Shown here piece by piece: positions 36,978 through 45,425 of a stretch of 64,000 nucleotides of DNA; position 1 is the first letter of the stretch; each line of letters opens with the position of its first letter. Under the pieces are notes generated by a model. It saw nothing but the letters and a program-made list of their open reading frames with translations, was not told where the DNA came from and did not search any database. The position numbers and the translations under genes were made by a program. The DNA comes from Planctomycetota bacterium (lineage in GTDB: Bacteria; Planctomycetota; MHYJ01; WSZJ01), in assembly GCA_038060895.1 (NCBI GenBank), contig JBBTCT010000001.1:128001-192000 (forward strand), in the 5' to 3' direction.

Positions 36978-38522
36978 ATGACCTCGCGCATGTCGCCGGT
37001 CCTCCTCGGCATCCTTGCCGCCGCTTCGCTCATCGGCGGTTTCGTCATCCTGTCGCCTGAAACCCAACAGCGACGCCCCGCGGCCGCGATGCCCGTTCTT
37101 CCCTCGCAGTCGGCGATGGTGGACGACGTCCGCGCGCTGGCCGCTCCTGCCATGCGAGGCCGGTCGGAAGAAACGGGCGGCGCCGCGCTCGCCGCGGAGT
37201 TCGTCGAGCGCCGCTTCAAGTCCCTCGGGCTCCGCACCGAGCAGCAGTCGTTCGAAATTCCGCGCCGGAGACTGCTGGCGGAAACCCGGCTCCAGACCGG
37301 GCGCGAGACATTCGTCCCCGGAACGGATTTCGCCCCCCTGACCTGGAGCGGAAACGCCTTCGCTTCGGGCCCGCTCGTCGCCGGATTGGCCTCGCGCATC
37401 TGCGGCGACTCCCTGGCAGGCGGAATCGCGGTAGAACGCTTGCCGGCCGCTCCCGGGATGTTCCGGACGCTGGTCCCATCGCTCGCCGATCGCGCCCTGG
37501 CTTACCAGGACCTCGGCGCCGTCGGCGTCCTCTTCGTTGCCGACTCGCGCGATCCCTCGGCCGGAGGCGAAGCGGCGTGGGCGTCGCGTCTGGACGAGCG
37601 GACGGAGGCGCGGTTGAAGGGTGAGCCGGACGGGGTGCGCGGCTGGGCCCGGGACCGCGCGGCGGTCGGCGCGCAGTCCCGCGCCCCGCGGCCGTCGCGC
37701 CCGCTCAGGATTCCCGCGGCGCTCGTCTCTTACGACGCCGGGCGCCGCATCGACGAGTCGCTGAACGCGACGGCCGGCATCCGCGTCGCCATCGAGGACG
37801 AGCCGCTCGCCGGGGCCAACGTCATCAGCATGCTTCCCGGCGAGTTCCCGGGGCGCGCCGCGGTGATCCTCTGCGCGCACTACGACTCGCACGGTCTCCA
37901 GCCACCCTCCCCGGGCCACCCCGCCGGCCGCCTCTACCCCGGCGCCTGCGACAACGCTTCGGGAATCGCCGTCCTCCTCGCCGTTGCCGAAGCGCTGGCC
38001 CACGACTCGCGCTCGCTTCCACACCCCGTCATCTTTGCGGCGTTCGGCGGCGAAGAACTCGGCCTCCACGGCTCCCGCGCCTTCGCCGCGGCGCTTCCCC
38101 GCCTCCGTGGCGGCGCCCTCTGCGCCATCAACGTGGACATGGCGGCGCGCAACGCCGAGAACGAGATTTCGCTCGTCGGAAGCGCCTTCGCGCCGGACGT
38201 GGCCTCGATCGCAAGAAAATCGATGGAGGAGGCAGGGTTCGCGGTCCTGACAACGATGAAGGGCGGATTCGACATCGACTTCACGTTCCGAAACGGCTCG
38301 GACCACTGGCCGCTTCACCAGGCCGGCGTCCCCTCTGTCCTCTTCACGTGCTCGCGGTTTCCGGAGTGTGACACGCCCGGGGACACGCCGAACCTCTGCT
38401 CGCCGGCGAAGCTGCGAAAGGTCGCCGAAGCGGTGCTGGCCGCCGTCCTGGCGGCGTCGCGCCGGCAGGAAACTTTTGCGCGACCGGTGGATGCCGTGGT
38501 GAAGTTCCCGGGAGAGAAGTAG
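36978..38522 (+). CDS. M28-family metallopeptidase with a PA-like insert
   Basis: 'AHYDSHG', 'GACDNASG', 'GGEELGL.GS', 'INVDM', 'GSDHWP'. Confidence 0.85.
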   Translation: MTSRMSPVLLGILAAASLIGGFVILSPETQQRRPAAAMPVLPSQSAMVDDVRALAAPAMRGRSEETGGAALAAEFVERRFKSLGLRTEQQSFEIPRRRLLAETRLQTGRETFVPGTDFAPLTWSGNAFASGPLVAGLASRICGDSLAGGIAVERLPAAPGMFRTLVPSLADRALAYQDLGAVGVLFVADSRDPSAGGEAAWASRLDERTEARLKGEPDGVRGWARDRAAVGAQSRAPRPSRPLRIPAALVSYDAGRRIDESLNATAGIRVAIEDEPLAGANVISMLPGEFPGRAAVILCAHYDSHGLQPPSPGHPAGRLYPGACDNASGIAVLLAVAEALAHDSRSLPHPVIFAAFGGEELGLHGSRAFAAALPRLRGGALCAINVDMAARNAENEISLVGSAFAPDVASIARKSMEEAGFAVLTTMKGGFDIDFTFRNGSDHWPLHQAGVPSVLFTCSRFPECDTPGDTPNLCSPAKLRKVAEAVLAAVLAASRRQETFARPVDAVVKFPGEK

Positions 38523-38758
38523 CGGTCGGGGCAGGGCCCGGCTGGTTTGCGATTCTGCCCGGAGCCGGATTGATTTCGTTTTCACTCCTTGTCATTCACT
38601 TCGACCGCCAGTACAGGCTTTTCGCGAAGAACGACTCGGAGCCGTTCTGCAGCCCCATCCCAAACCCCATCCCTTTCCCGAGCCGGCCCTGCCCCGTCGT
38701 TCCCTATGCCCTGCCGTTCTCCCGCGTTAGACTCCCCTTTCACCCAAAGGAGCCCCGC

Positions 38759-39517
38759 GTGGACGCCCAACCCCCGCGGACCTCGCTCCCCCCCGAGCGC
38801 CTGAGGACGCTCGAGGAGGCGCTCGAGGTCCGGTTCGAGAATCCTGAATTGCTGCTGCGCGCGCTCGTCCATTCGTCGGCGAAGGACGCGACGCTTCCGT
38901 GCAACGAGCGCATGGAGTTTCTCGGCGACTCGGTCCTCGGGCTGCTCGTCAGCGAACACCTGTTTCATCTTTTCCCCGACTTCCCCGAAGGCGACCTGTC
39001 CTCGATCAAATCGGTCGTCGTCAGCGCGACGTCGCTCTCGGCGTGCGCGAAGACGCTGAACATCGCGGACTACGTGATCCTCGGGAAAGGGATTCTGCAG
39101 AGGAAGTCGATCCCGGATTCGGTTCTGGCCAATGCGCTGGAAGCCACCATCGCCGCGATCTACATGGACCAGGGGCTGGAAGCGGCGCGGAAGTTCGTGT
39201 TGCGGATTTTGAGGCCGCGGATCGAAGAGGTGCTCAAGGACCAGCACGCGAAGAACTGGAAGTCTCTGTTGCAGCAACACACGCAGAAGGAGCTGGCCTG
39301 CGTGCCGGCGTACCGGGTGGTGGGAGAGTCGGGGCCAGACCATGAGAAGGCGTTTGAGGTCTCGGTGGAAGTCGCAGGGAAGACCTATGGCCCCGGGGGG
39401 GGAAAGACGAAGAAGGACGCGGAGCAGGCGGCGGCGCGCGTGGCGTTTGAGGCAATTCAGGCAAGGGCAGCCGAGTCCGTGAAGCCCTCTAATCCGGTCG
39501 AGGGCAGCAAAGCCTGA
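38759..39517 (+). CDS. rnc: Ribonuclease III
   Basis: 'NERMEFLGDSVLGL', 'EGDLS', 'LANALEA.IAAIY.DQG', dsRBD 'GPDHEK.F', 'KTKKDAEQAAA'; AAGGAG RBS before the GTG at 38759. Confidence 0.96.
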   Translation: MDAQPPRTSLPPERLRTLEEALEVRFENPELLLRALVHSSAKDATLPCNERMEFLGDSVLGLLVSEHLFHLFPDFPEGDLSSIKSVVVSATSLSACAKTLNIADYVILGKGILQRKSIPDSVLANALEATIAAIYMDQGLEAARKFVLRILRPRIEEVLKDQHAKNWKSLLQQHTQKELACVPAYRVVGESGPDHEKAFEVSVEVAGKTYGPGGGKTKKDAEQAAARVAFEAIQARAAESVKPSNPVEGSKA

Positions 39518-39630
39518 CGAAAACCGGCAGCCGGCCGGCACCATAACTCATTTCCTGAGCTGCGCTTGCGACGCACAGCTCGATTTTTCAGGACTGACTA
39601 CGGAATCCGGCTAGAATTCTCCACTTCACG

Positions 39631-39750
39631 CGCCGAATCCGCTTCCCACAGGAACCGGAACGGGGGACCCAAGTCGCAGGGGTGAACTCCTCCTCAGGGA
39701 GGACAGGGCTATCCGGAAGGCCCGAACCCGTCAGCTAACCCCGCAGGCGT
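39631..39750 (+). ncRNA. Cyclic di-AMP riboswitch (ydaO/yuaA)
   Basis: Conserved blocks CGCCGAATCC...GGGGGACCCA...GGGGTGAA...AGGG...CCCGAACCCGTCAGCTAACCCCGCAGGCG, directly upstream of a ydaO/kimA homologue. Confidence 0.92.
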
Positions 39751-39802
39751 CGATCCGGGGCAACCCGCAACCGGCGGGGGCTCCACGTTCAGGAGCGCCT
39801 TC

Positions 39803-41815
39803 GTGGGTAATCCCGCCCCTTTCTTTGCCCGGACTCAGTCCAGCGCGCCCGAGCCGCCGAAGGGCGGCTGGTTTCGCCGTACCCTGCGATTCCTCGTCGG
39901 CCCGCCACGCAACCTGCGCGACCGGTCCCTCTTCACTCACCTTTCCCTCGTCGCATTTCTTGCGTGGGTCGGGCTCGGGGCCGACGGGCTGTCGTCCTCG
40001 GCCTACGGGCCCGAGGAAGCATTCCGGACGCTCGGACAGCACTCGTACCTCGCGCTGGCGCTGGCGCTCGTGATGGCGACGACTGTCCTCGTGATCGCGG
40101 CGGCCTACAGCCGCGTTATCGAGCAGTTCCCGCACGGCGGCGGCGGGTACGTCGTCGCGACGAAACTGCTCGGCGAGCGCGCGGGACTGGTTTCGGGCTC
40201 GGCGCTCCTCGTCGACTACGTTCTCACGATTACCGTCTCTATCGCGGCCTCCGGCGACGCGCTCTTCAGCCTCCTTCCTCACGCCGCGCTCGCGTGGAAG
40301 CTCCCTGCCGAAGGAGTGTTCCTGGGTGTACTCGTCCTCCTGAATCTTCGAGGGGTGAAGGAGTCGGTCCTCGTCCTCACGCCGATCTTTCTCGTTTTCG
40401 TCATCACGCACCTCGTTCTGATCGTTGGCGGCGTCTTTGCACACGCGTCGGACGCGCCGGCCCTGATGAGCTCTGCATCCACGAGCCTGACGGCGGACCT
40501 CGCCGCCATCGGCGCAGGCGGCATCCTGCTCCGATTTCTTCACGCGTACTCCCTGGGCGGAGGCACGTACACGGGAATCGAGGCCGTTTCGAACGGTCTT
40601 TCAATCATGAGAGAGCCGCGGGTGCAGACGGGAAAGCGGACGATGCTGTACATGGCGCTGTCGCTGGCATTCACGGCGTCGGGACTGCTCCTTTGCTACC
40701 TGCTCTGGAAGGTCACGCCCGTCGCCGGCAAAACGCTGAACTGGGTGCTCGCGGAAAAGTTCGCTGGCCAGGGCTCCGCCGGGCAGATTTTCGTCTGGGT
40801 CACCATCGCTTCGGAGGGCGCTCTCCTCATCGTCGCGGCCCAGGCCGGCTTCCTCGACGGCCCTCGCGTCCTCGCCAACATGGCCGTTGACTCCTGGGTC
40901 CCCCGCCGCTTCGCCGCCCTCTCCGACCGCCTCACCACCCAGAACGGCGTCGTCCTCATGGGCGCCGCATCCCTCGGGGCGCTCCTCTATACGCAAGGCG
41001 ACATCCGCGCCCTCGTCGTCATGTACAGCATCAACGTGTTCCTGACCTTCTCGATGACGACCCTGGCGATGTGCGTCTTCTGGTTCCGCGAACGGCGCAA
41101 GGATCCGAAATGGAAGCGGCGCGCGGCGATCCACGCGGTGGCGTTCAAGTTGTGCGCGACCATTCTTTGCGTGACCGTGTTCGAGAAATTCGGGGAGGGC
41201 GGCTGGCTCACGCTGGTCATCACGAGCGGCGTCATCTTCCTGTGCGTCCTGATCCGGCGGCATTACAACGCCGTGACCAGCCGCCTGGCGCTTCTGTACC
41301 GCGGTCTGCTCGACGCGCCCACCGCCCCCGAACGGGCTTCCGGCATGATCGACCCGGCGCAGCCCGTGGCCGCGATCCTCGTCGCAGGATTCGGCGGGCT
41401 CGGGCTCCACACCTTCCTCGGCGCCTTCCGCGATTTCCCGGGGCAGTTCAAGGGCGCCGTTTTCGTTTCCGCCGGCGTCATCGACTCCCAGCAGTTCAAG
41501 GGCGAAGGGACCATTGAATCCCTTCGTACGAACGTCCGGGAGACGCTGAAGAAGTACGTCGATTTCGCCCGGAACCAGGGGATCCCGGCCGAGTACCGCA
41601 TGGGGTTCGGGACCGACGCAGTTGAGGAGTGCGAAAAACTCTGCGCTGGCGTCTCCCGGGAGTTTCCGCGTTCCGCCTTCTTTGCCGGAAAGGTGCTCTT
41701 TGAGCGCGAACGCTGGTACCAGCGCGTCCTGCACAATGAGACGGCGTTTGCGATCCAGGGAAGGCTTCAGTGGGCGGGTAAGACGGTTGTCATCGTGCCA
41801 GCGCGCGTGACGTGA
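39803..41815 (+). CDS. kimA: KimA/YdaO-like APC-superfamily potassium transporter
   Basis: 'GADGLSSSAYGPEE', 'FPHGGGGYVVA..LLG', 'LLVDYVLTITVSIA', 'YTGIEAVSNG', C-terminal 'LHNETA'; sits behind the ydaO riboswitch. Confidence 0.85.
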   Translation: MGNPAPFFARTQSSAPEPPKGGWFRRTLRFLVGPPRNLRDRSLFTHLSLVAFLAWVGLGADGLSSSAYGPEEAFRTLGQHSYLALALALVMATTVLVIAAAYSRVIEQFPHGGGGYVVATKLLGERAGLVSGSALLVDYVLTITVSIAASGDALFSLLPHAALAWKLPAEGVFLGVLVLLNLRGVKESVLVLTPIFLVFVITHLVLIVGGVFAHASDAPALMSSASTSLTADLAAIGAGGILLRFLHAYSLGGGTYTGIEAVSNGLSIMREPRVQTGKRTMLYMALSLAFTASGLLLCYLLWKVTPVAGKTLNWVLAEKFAGQGSAGQIFVWVTIASEGALLIVAAQAGFLDGPRVLANMAVDSWVPRRFAALSDRLTTQNGVVLMGAASLGALLYTQGDIRALVVMYSINVFLTFSMTTLAMCVFWFRERRKDPKWKRRAAIHAVAFKLCATILCVTVFEKFGEGGWLTLVITSGVIFLCVLIRRHYNAVTSRLALLYRGLLDAPTAPERASGMIDPAQPVAAILVAGFGGLGLHTFLGAFRDFPGQFKGAVFVSAGVIDSQQFKGEGTIESLRTNVRETLKKYVDFARNQGIPAEYRMGFGTDAVEECEKLCAGVSREFPRSAFFAGKVLFERERWYQRVLHNETAFAIQGRLQWAGKTVVIVPARVT

Positions 41816-41845
41816 GCCCGCCGCGCAAGCGGGCCTCGACGGACT

Positions 41846-44800
41846 TCAGGATCCTGCCTCGGCGTCCCGCGCCACTCCCAGCTCGCCGAGCAGATCCTGG
41901 ACCAGGCGGCTGTGGCCCGGCCAGCCCGGCCGCGAGAACATCCTCTCGAGGCGTCGTGCGACCGCCACGGCCTGCTCCCGCTGCCCCGCGGCAGCCAGCG
42001 CTCTCGCCAGCGTCGGCCCGACGCGCGCCAGGTCCCGGCGGGAAAGATCGTTCCAGGCAGCATCGTTTGCCACGAACGCCTGTATCGAGCGGCCCTCGAA
42101 CACGTCGCAAACGGCAAGCATGGCGGGCGCGAAGTTACGGCCGCGCGGGAAGTTCGAGGCCTTGCTTCGCGACGCCGCGCGCTCGAGGTATTCGCGCGCA
42201 ACGGCCGGCGAATCCGGGAAGCGCAATTCGGCGGCGGCGAGGAGCGCGTCGACCGACTCCCAGGTCCAGCCGCCGGCCTCCAGCACCCGGATGGCCTCGT
42301 CCGCCATCGCGATCGCGCGGAGCCGGTCGCCGAGTGCTGCCGCCGACAACGCCCGCGCGACGCTCACCTCGGCCGTCTTCAGGGGGTTCCCGAGCTGACG
42401 GAACAGATCTTCCGCTTCCGCCAGCTGCTCCTCCGCGCCCGCCCCATCGCCCGTGTCGATGGCCAGCTGGCCCAGGCGATGAAGCGCGAACGCGAGGTTC
42501 ATCTGCATGCCTCCCTGCCGGGCCAGCGTGAGGGATTCTTCCAGGTACTGCCGCGCGGGATCAAAGTGTCCCGCGCCAAGGCACGCCTGCGCGACGCTGT
42601 TGAGCGCATAGCCGAGAATCGACCGGTCGCCCACTTCGCGGCAGCGGCGGATTCCTTCCTCGTACAACTCCTTTGCCTCCTGGAACGATTGCCTCAGCCG
42701 GATGTTCGCGATCCCGATGAGGCTCCTGGCCTCCAGCATCCGGTCCCCGATTTCCCGCGCGAGGACGAGCGATTGCTCGCAGGCCGCCCCCGCCTCTTCG
42801 ATCCGGTGACGCCCGTAGTACGCGCCGGCAAGCACGTAAAGCGCATTCGCCAGCCCCGCGCGGTCGCCGACTTCGCGCTTCAGCTCGACGGTTTCGAGCG
42901 AAACACGCAGATTGCCTTCGAAGTCTCCATGCTGGAACAGGATGCTGCCGATCACGTTCAGGTCGCCCGCGGCACCGAAACGGTCGCCGCGCGCTCGACG
43001 GGAGCGGAGGGACTCTTCGAGAAGAGCGAGCGCCTCCGCGTTGCGGCCCAGGACCAGGAAGCACGAAGCGGTCGCTGTCTGGAGATCGGCGCGCACGCCT
43101 GCCGCCGACTCCCCCGCCACCCCGGTTGCGAATTCCTCCTCCGTTCGCGCGATCTCGGCCAGCGCCTCGCTGCTTCGACCGGTGCGGGACATCAGCAGGA
43201 TGCGGGCGCAGCGCGAGTTGAGGCGATCCACTCCGGGAGGGAGAAGCGCGATCGCTTCGGCCGAGGCCGCCAGTGCTTCCTCGTTGCGGCCCATGCCGAG
43301 GAGGACGGAGGCGCGGATCGAGGCGGAGGCCCCCCGGTGGACGCCTGAAGCGGTGTCCGTTATGTGCGCGCATTCGTCGAGCGCCTCGGGGTACCGCGCG
43401 AGGCGGAACAGGGCATTGGCCGCGACGAGGCGGGCCTCCGGACTCGACCCCAGCCGGGAGGACTCGCGTGCTGCGGCGAGAGATTCGGCCCAGGCTCCGC
43501 CGTCGAGGGCCTGCCGCGACGCGGCGAGAAGGACCCGGGCAGCCTCTTCGGCTTCGCCGGCCGCCTCGCGGTGCCCTGCGGCAATTCCGAGCGCCGCGCG
43601 CCCCGCGTCGGCGGCGGCCGATTCGAACAGCAGCGCCGCTTCGTGGTGCAGCCGGGCGCGCTCGCGTTTGGTCACGAGGGAATACGCGGCGTCGCGCAGA
43701 AGCGCGTGCTGGAATGCGAGCTGGCGGTCGCCGGGGAGGAGCGACGCCGGCCGCGCGTAGATCATCTCGCGGCGCCGCGCTTCCTCGAGCGCTTCGGCGA
43801 CGCCGCGTGCCAGCAGCCGGGCCAGCAGCCCTTCCCAGAATTCGCGTCCCACGACGCTCGCCGCTTTCACGATTTCCTTGTCCGCGGCGGGAAGCGCGTC
43901 GAGGCGTGCGACGAGGAGGGCGTGGAGGCCGATCGGAACGCGGGAGGGCGCGGCGAGGAGGCGGGCGGGCGAGTTGCCGACGAGGTTCTCGGTCCGGAGG
44001 AACCGGCAGAGCTCCTCGACGGCGAACGGATTCCCGCCTGAGCCGGATGCGAGGAATTCGGCGAGCGCGGGGTCTGGTGCGGAGCCAAAAGCAGCCTGGG
44101 CGATCGACGCGATCGCCGGCGCGTCGAGGGCGCCGAGCGGGAGGAGTTGCTCTCCTCGAAGCGCGCGCCCCTCTGGCCGCCGCGTGACAACCCACAGCAA
44201 ATCTGTGCCGCGCAGGGACACGGCGAGTTCTTCCAGGAGCGCCAGCGTGTCCTCGTCCGCCCAGTGCAGGTCCTCGAGGCAGACGAGCGCGGGCGCCTGC
44301 GCTTCCAGCCACCGCCGCCAGGCATCCCGGGTTTCCGTCGCGACGCGGGCCGCGGGCAGGTCGCGAATCCGGGCGTTGGGCACGCTGAGGCCGATCGAGA
44401 CGGCGATGAGGCTGGCTGCGTTTTCGCGCTGGACTGATTCGGGCATGGAGCGCTCGAGGGCCGAAGCGAGCGACGCGACGATCCGCGAGGCGTCCGCCCT
44501 GGGGCCTGCGGCCTCGCGGACGAGGCCTGCCAGCGGACCCAGCGGCGGGCGCGCCGATTCGAGAGCGCGCCCTGACAACACGCGCATTTCGGGCCGCGTC
44601 TCGCGGGCCCGCAGACGGAACTCTCCCAGCAGCCGGCTCTTCCCCATGCCCGGCCCCGCTTCGAGGGCCATCAGGGCGCCCCGCCGGCCGAGGGATTCCA
44701 GGAGCGCAGCCATCGGCGCTTCTCGCCCGGCCAGCGGCGCGCGCGCCGTCGCGCCTTCGTGGATCTCCTCGACTTCGAACGCGCTGACCGGCCGTTCGCG

Positions 44801-45313
44801 GCCCTTGAGAACCAGGGGTTCGAGGGCGCGAAGCCGCGCGGCGTGCCGGACTTCCGCGGCGATGCTCTCGCCTGCGATCACGGCGCCCGGCGCCGCCGCG
44901 GCCGACAGACGCTGCGCGACGTTCACGACGTCGCCCATCGCCGTCGCCCGCTCGCCGGCGACGCTTCCCCACAACACTTCTCCCGCGTTCGCGCCGCACG
45001 CCGCCGCAAGCGTCACGCTTCGCTCGCGGGCCAGCGCCGCGACCGCGTCGCGCATCCGGAGGCACGCGCGCACCGCCCGGTGGCCGTCGTCCCGGTGCGC
45101 GACCGGCGCGCCGAAGACGGCCATCAGCGTCTCGCCCACGATCTTGTCAAGCGTTCCTCCCGCGGACTCCACCGCTTCGCGCATGGCGCCGAGCGCGGCG
45201 TCGAAGAGGTCCAGGGCCTCGAGAGGGGGTAGCGACGCCCGAACGGCGTCGACTCCGGCGAGCCGGGCGAAGACGACGGCGACGGTGCGGCGCTCGGAAG
45301 CGGGTTCGGGCAC
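41846..45313 (-). CDS. Class III cyclase-like domain + AAA/STAND ATPase + TPR protein
   Basis: 'ERRTVAVVF', 'MAVFGAPVAH.DD..RAV', 'GDVVNVAQRL', Walker A 'GPGMGKS', 'EDLHWAD', 'GGNPF..EE', 'F.HALLRDAAY', TPR array. GTG start at 45313. Confidence 0.88.
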   Translation of the reverse strand: MPEPASERRTVAVVFARLAGVDAVRASLPPLEALDLFDAALGAMREAVESAGGTLDKIVGETLMAVFGAPVAHRDDGHRAVRACLRMRDAVAALARERSVTLAAACGANAGEVLWGSVAGERATAMGDVVNVAQRLSAAAAPGAVIAGESIAAEVRHAARLRALEPLVLKGRERPVSAFEVEEIHEGATARAPLAGREAPMAALLESLGRRGALMALEAGPGMGKSRLLGEFRLRARETRPEMRVLSGRALESARPPLGPLAGLVREAAGPRADASRIVASLASALERSMPESVQRENAASLIAVSIGLSVPNARIRDLPAARVATETRDAWRRWLEAQAPALVCLEDLHWADEDTLALLEELAVSLRGTDLLWVVTRRPEGRALRGEQLLPLGALDAPAIASIAQAAFGSAPDPALAEFLASGSGGNPFAVEELCRFLRTENLVGNSPARLLAAPSRVPIGLHALLVARLDALPAADKEIVKAASVVGREFWEGLLARLLARGVAEALEEARRREMIYARPASLLPGDRQLAFQHALLRDAAYSLVTKRERARLHHEAALLFESAAADAGRAALGIAAGHREAAGEAEEAARVLLAASRQALDGGAWAESLAAARESSRLGSSPEARLVAANALFRLARYPEALDECAHITDTASGVHRGASASIRASVLLGMGRNEEALAASAEAIALLPPGVDRLNSRCARILLMSRTGRSSEALAEIARTEEEFATGVAGESAAGVRADLQTATASCFLVLGRNAEALALLEESLRSRRARGDRFGAAGDLNVIGSILFQHGDFEGNLRVSLETVELKREVGDRAGLANALYVLAGAYYGRHRIEEAGAACEQSLVLAREIGDRMLEARSLIGIANIRLRQSFQEAKELYEEGIRRCREVGDRSILGYALNSVAQACLGAGHFDPARQYLEESLTLARQGGMQMNLAFALHRLGQLAIDTGDGAGAEEQLAEAEDLFRQLGNPLKTAEVSVARALSAAALGDRLRAIAMADEAIRVLEAGGWTWESVDALLAAAELRFPDSPAVAREYLERAASRSKASNFPRGRNFAPAMLAVCDVFEGRSIQAFVANDAAWNDLSRRDLARVGPTLARALAAAGQREQAVAVARRLERMFSRPGWPGHSRLVQDLLGELGVARDAEAGS

Positions 45314-45425
45314 GATTGGGCGTGGATGATACCTGCGGCGCGCGCTAAGATGCGCCCCTCGCGCAACGGCCGCGGGGCGGAAAGTGCCCTTCGGCCGCGG
45401 CCCTGTTTTTATTTCGGGGCGTTTC

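Noticed and set aside
39557-39588. Hairpin plus T-run after rnc as a terminator
   Set aside because: The stem GAGCTGCGC/GCACAGCTC is imperfect and the T-tract is offset. It is plausible but too weak to list.
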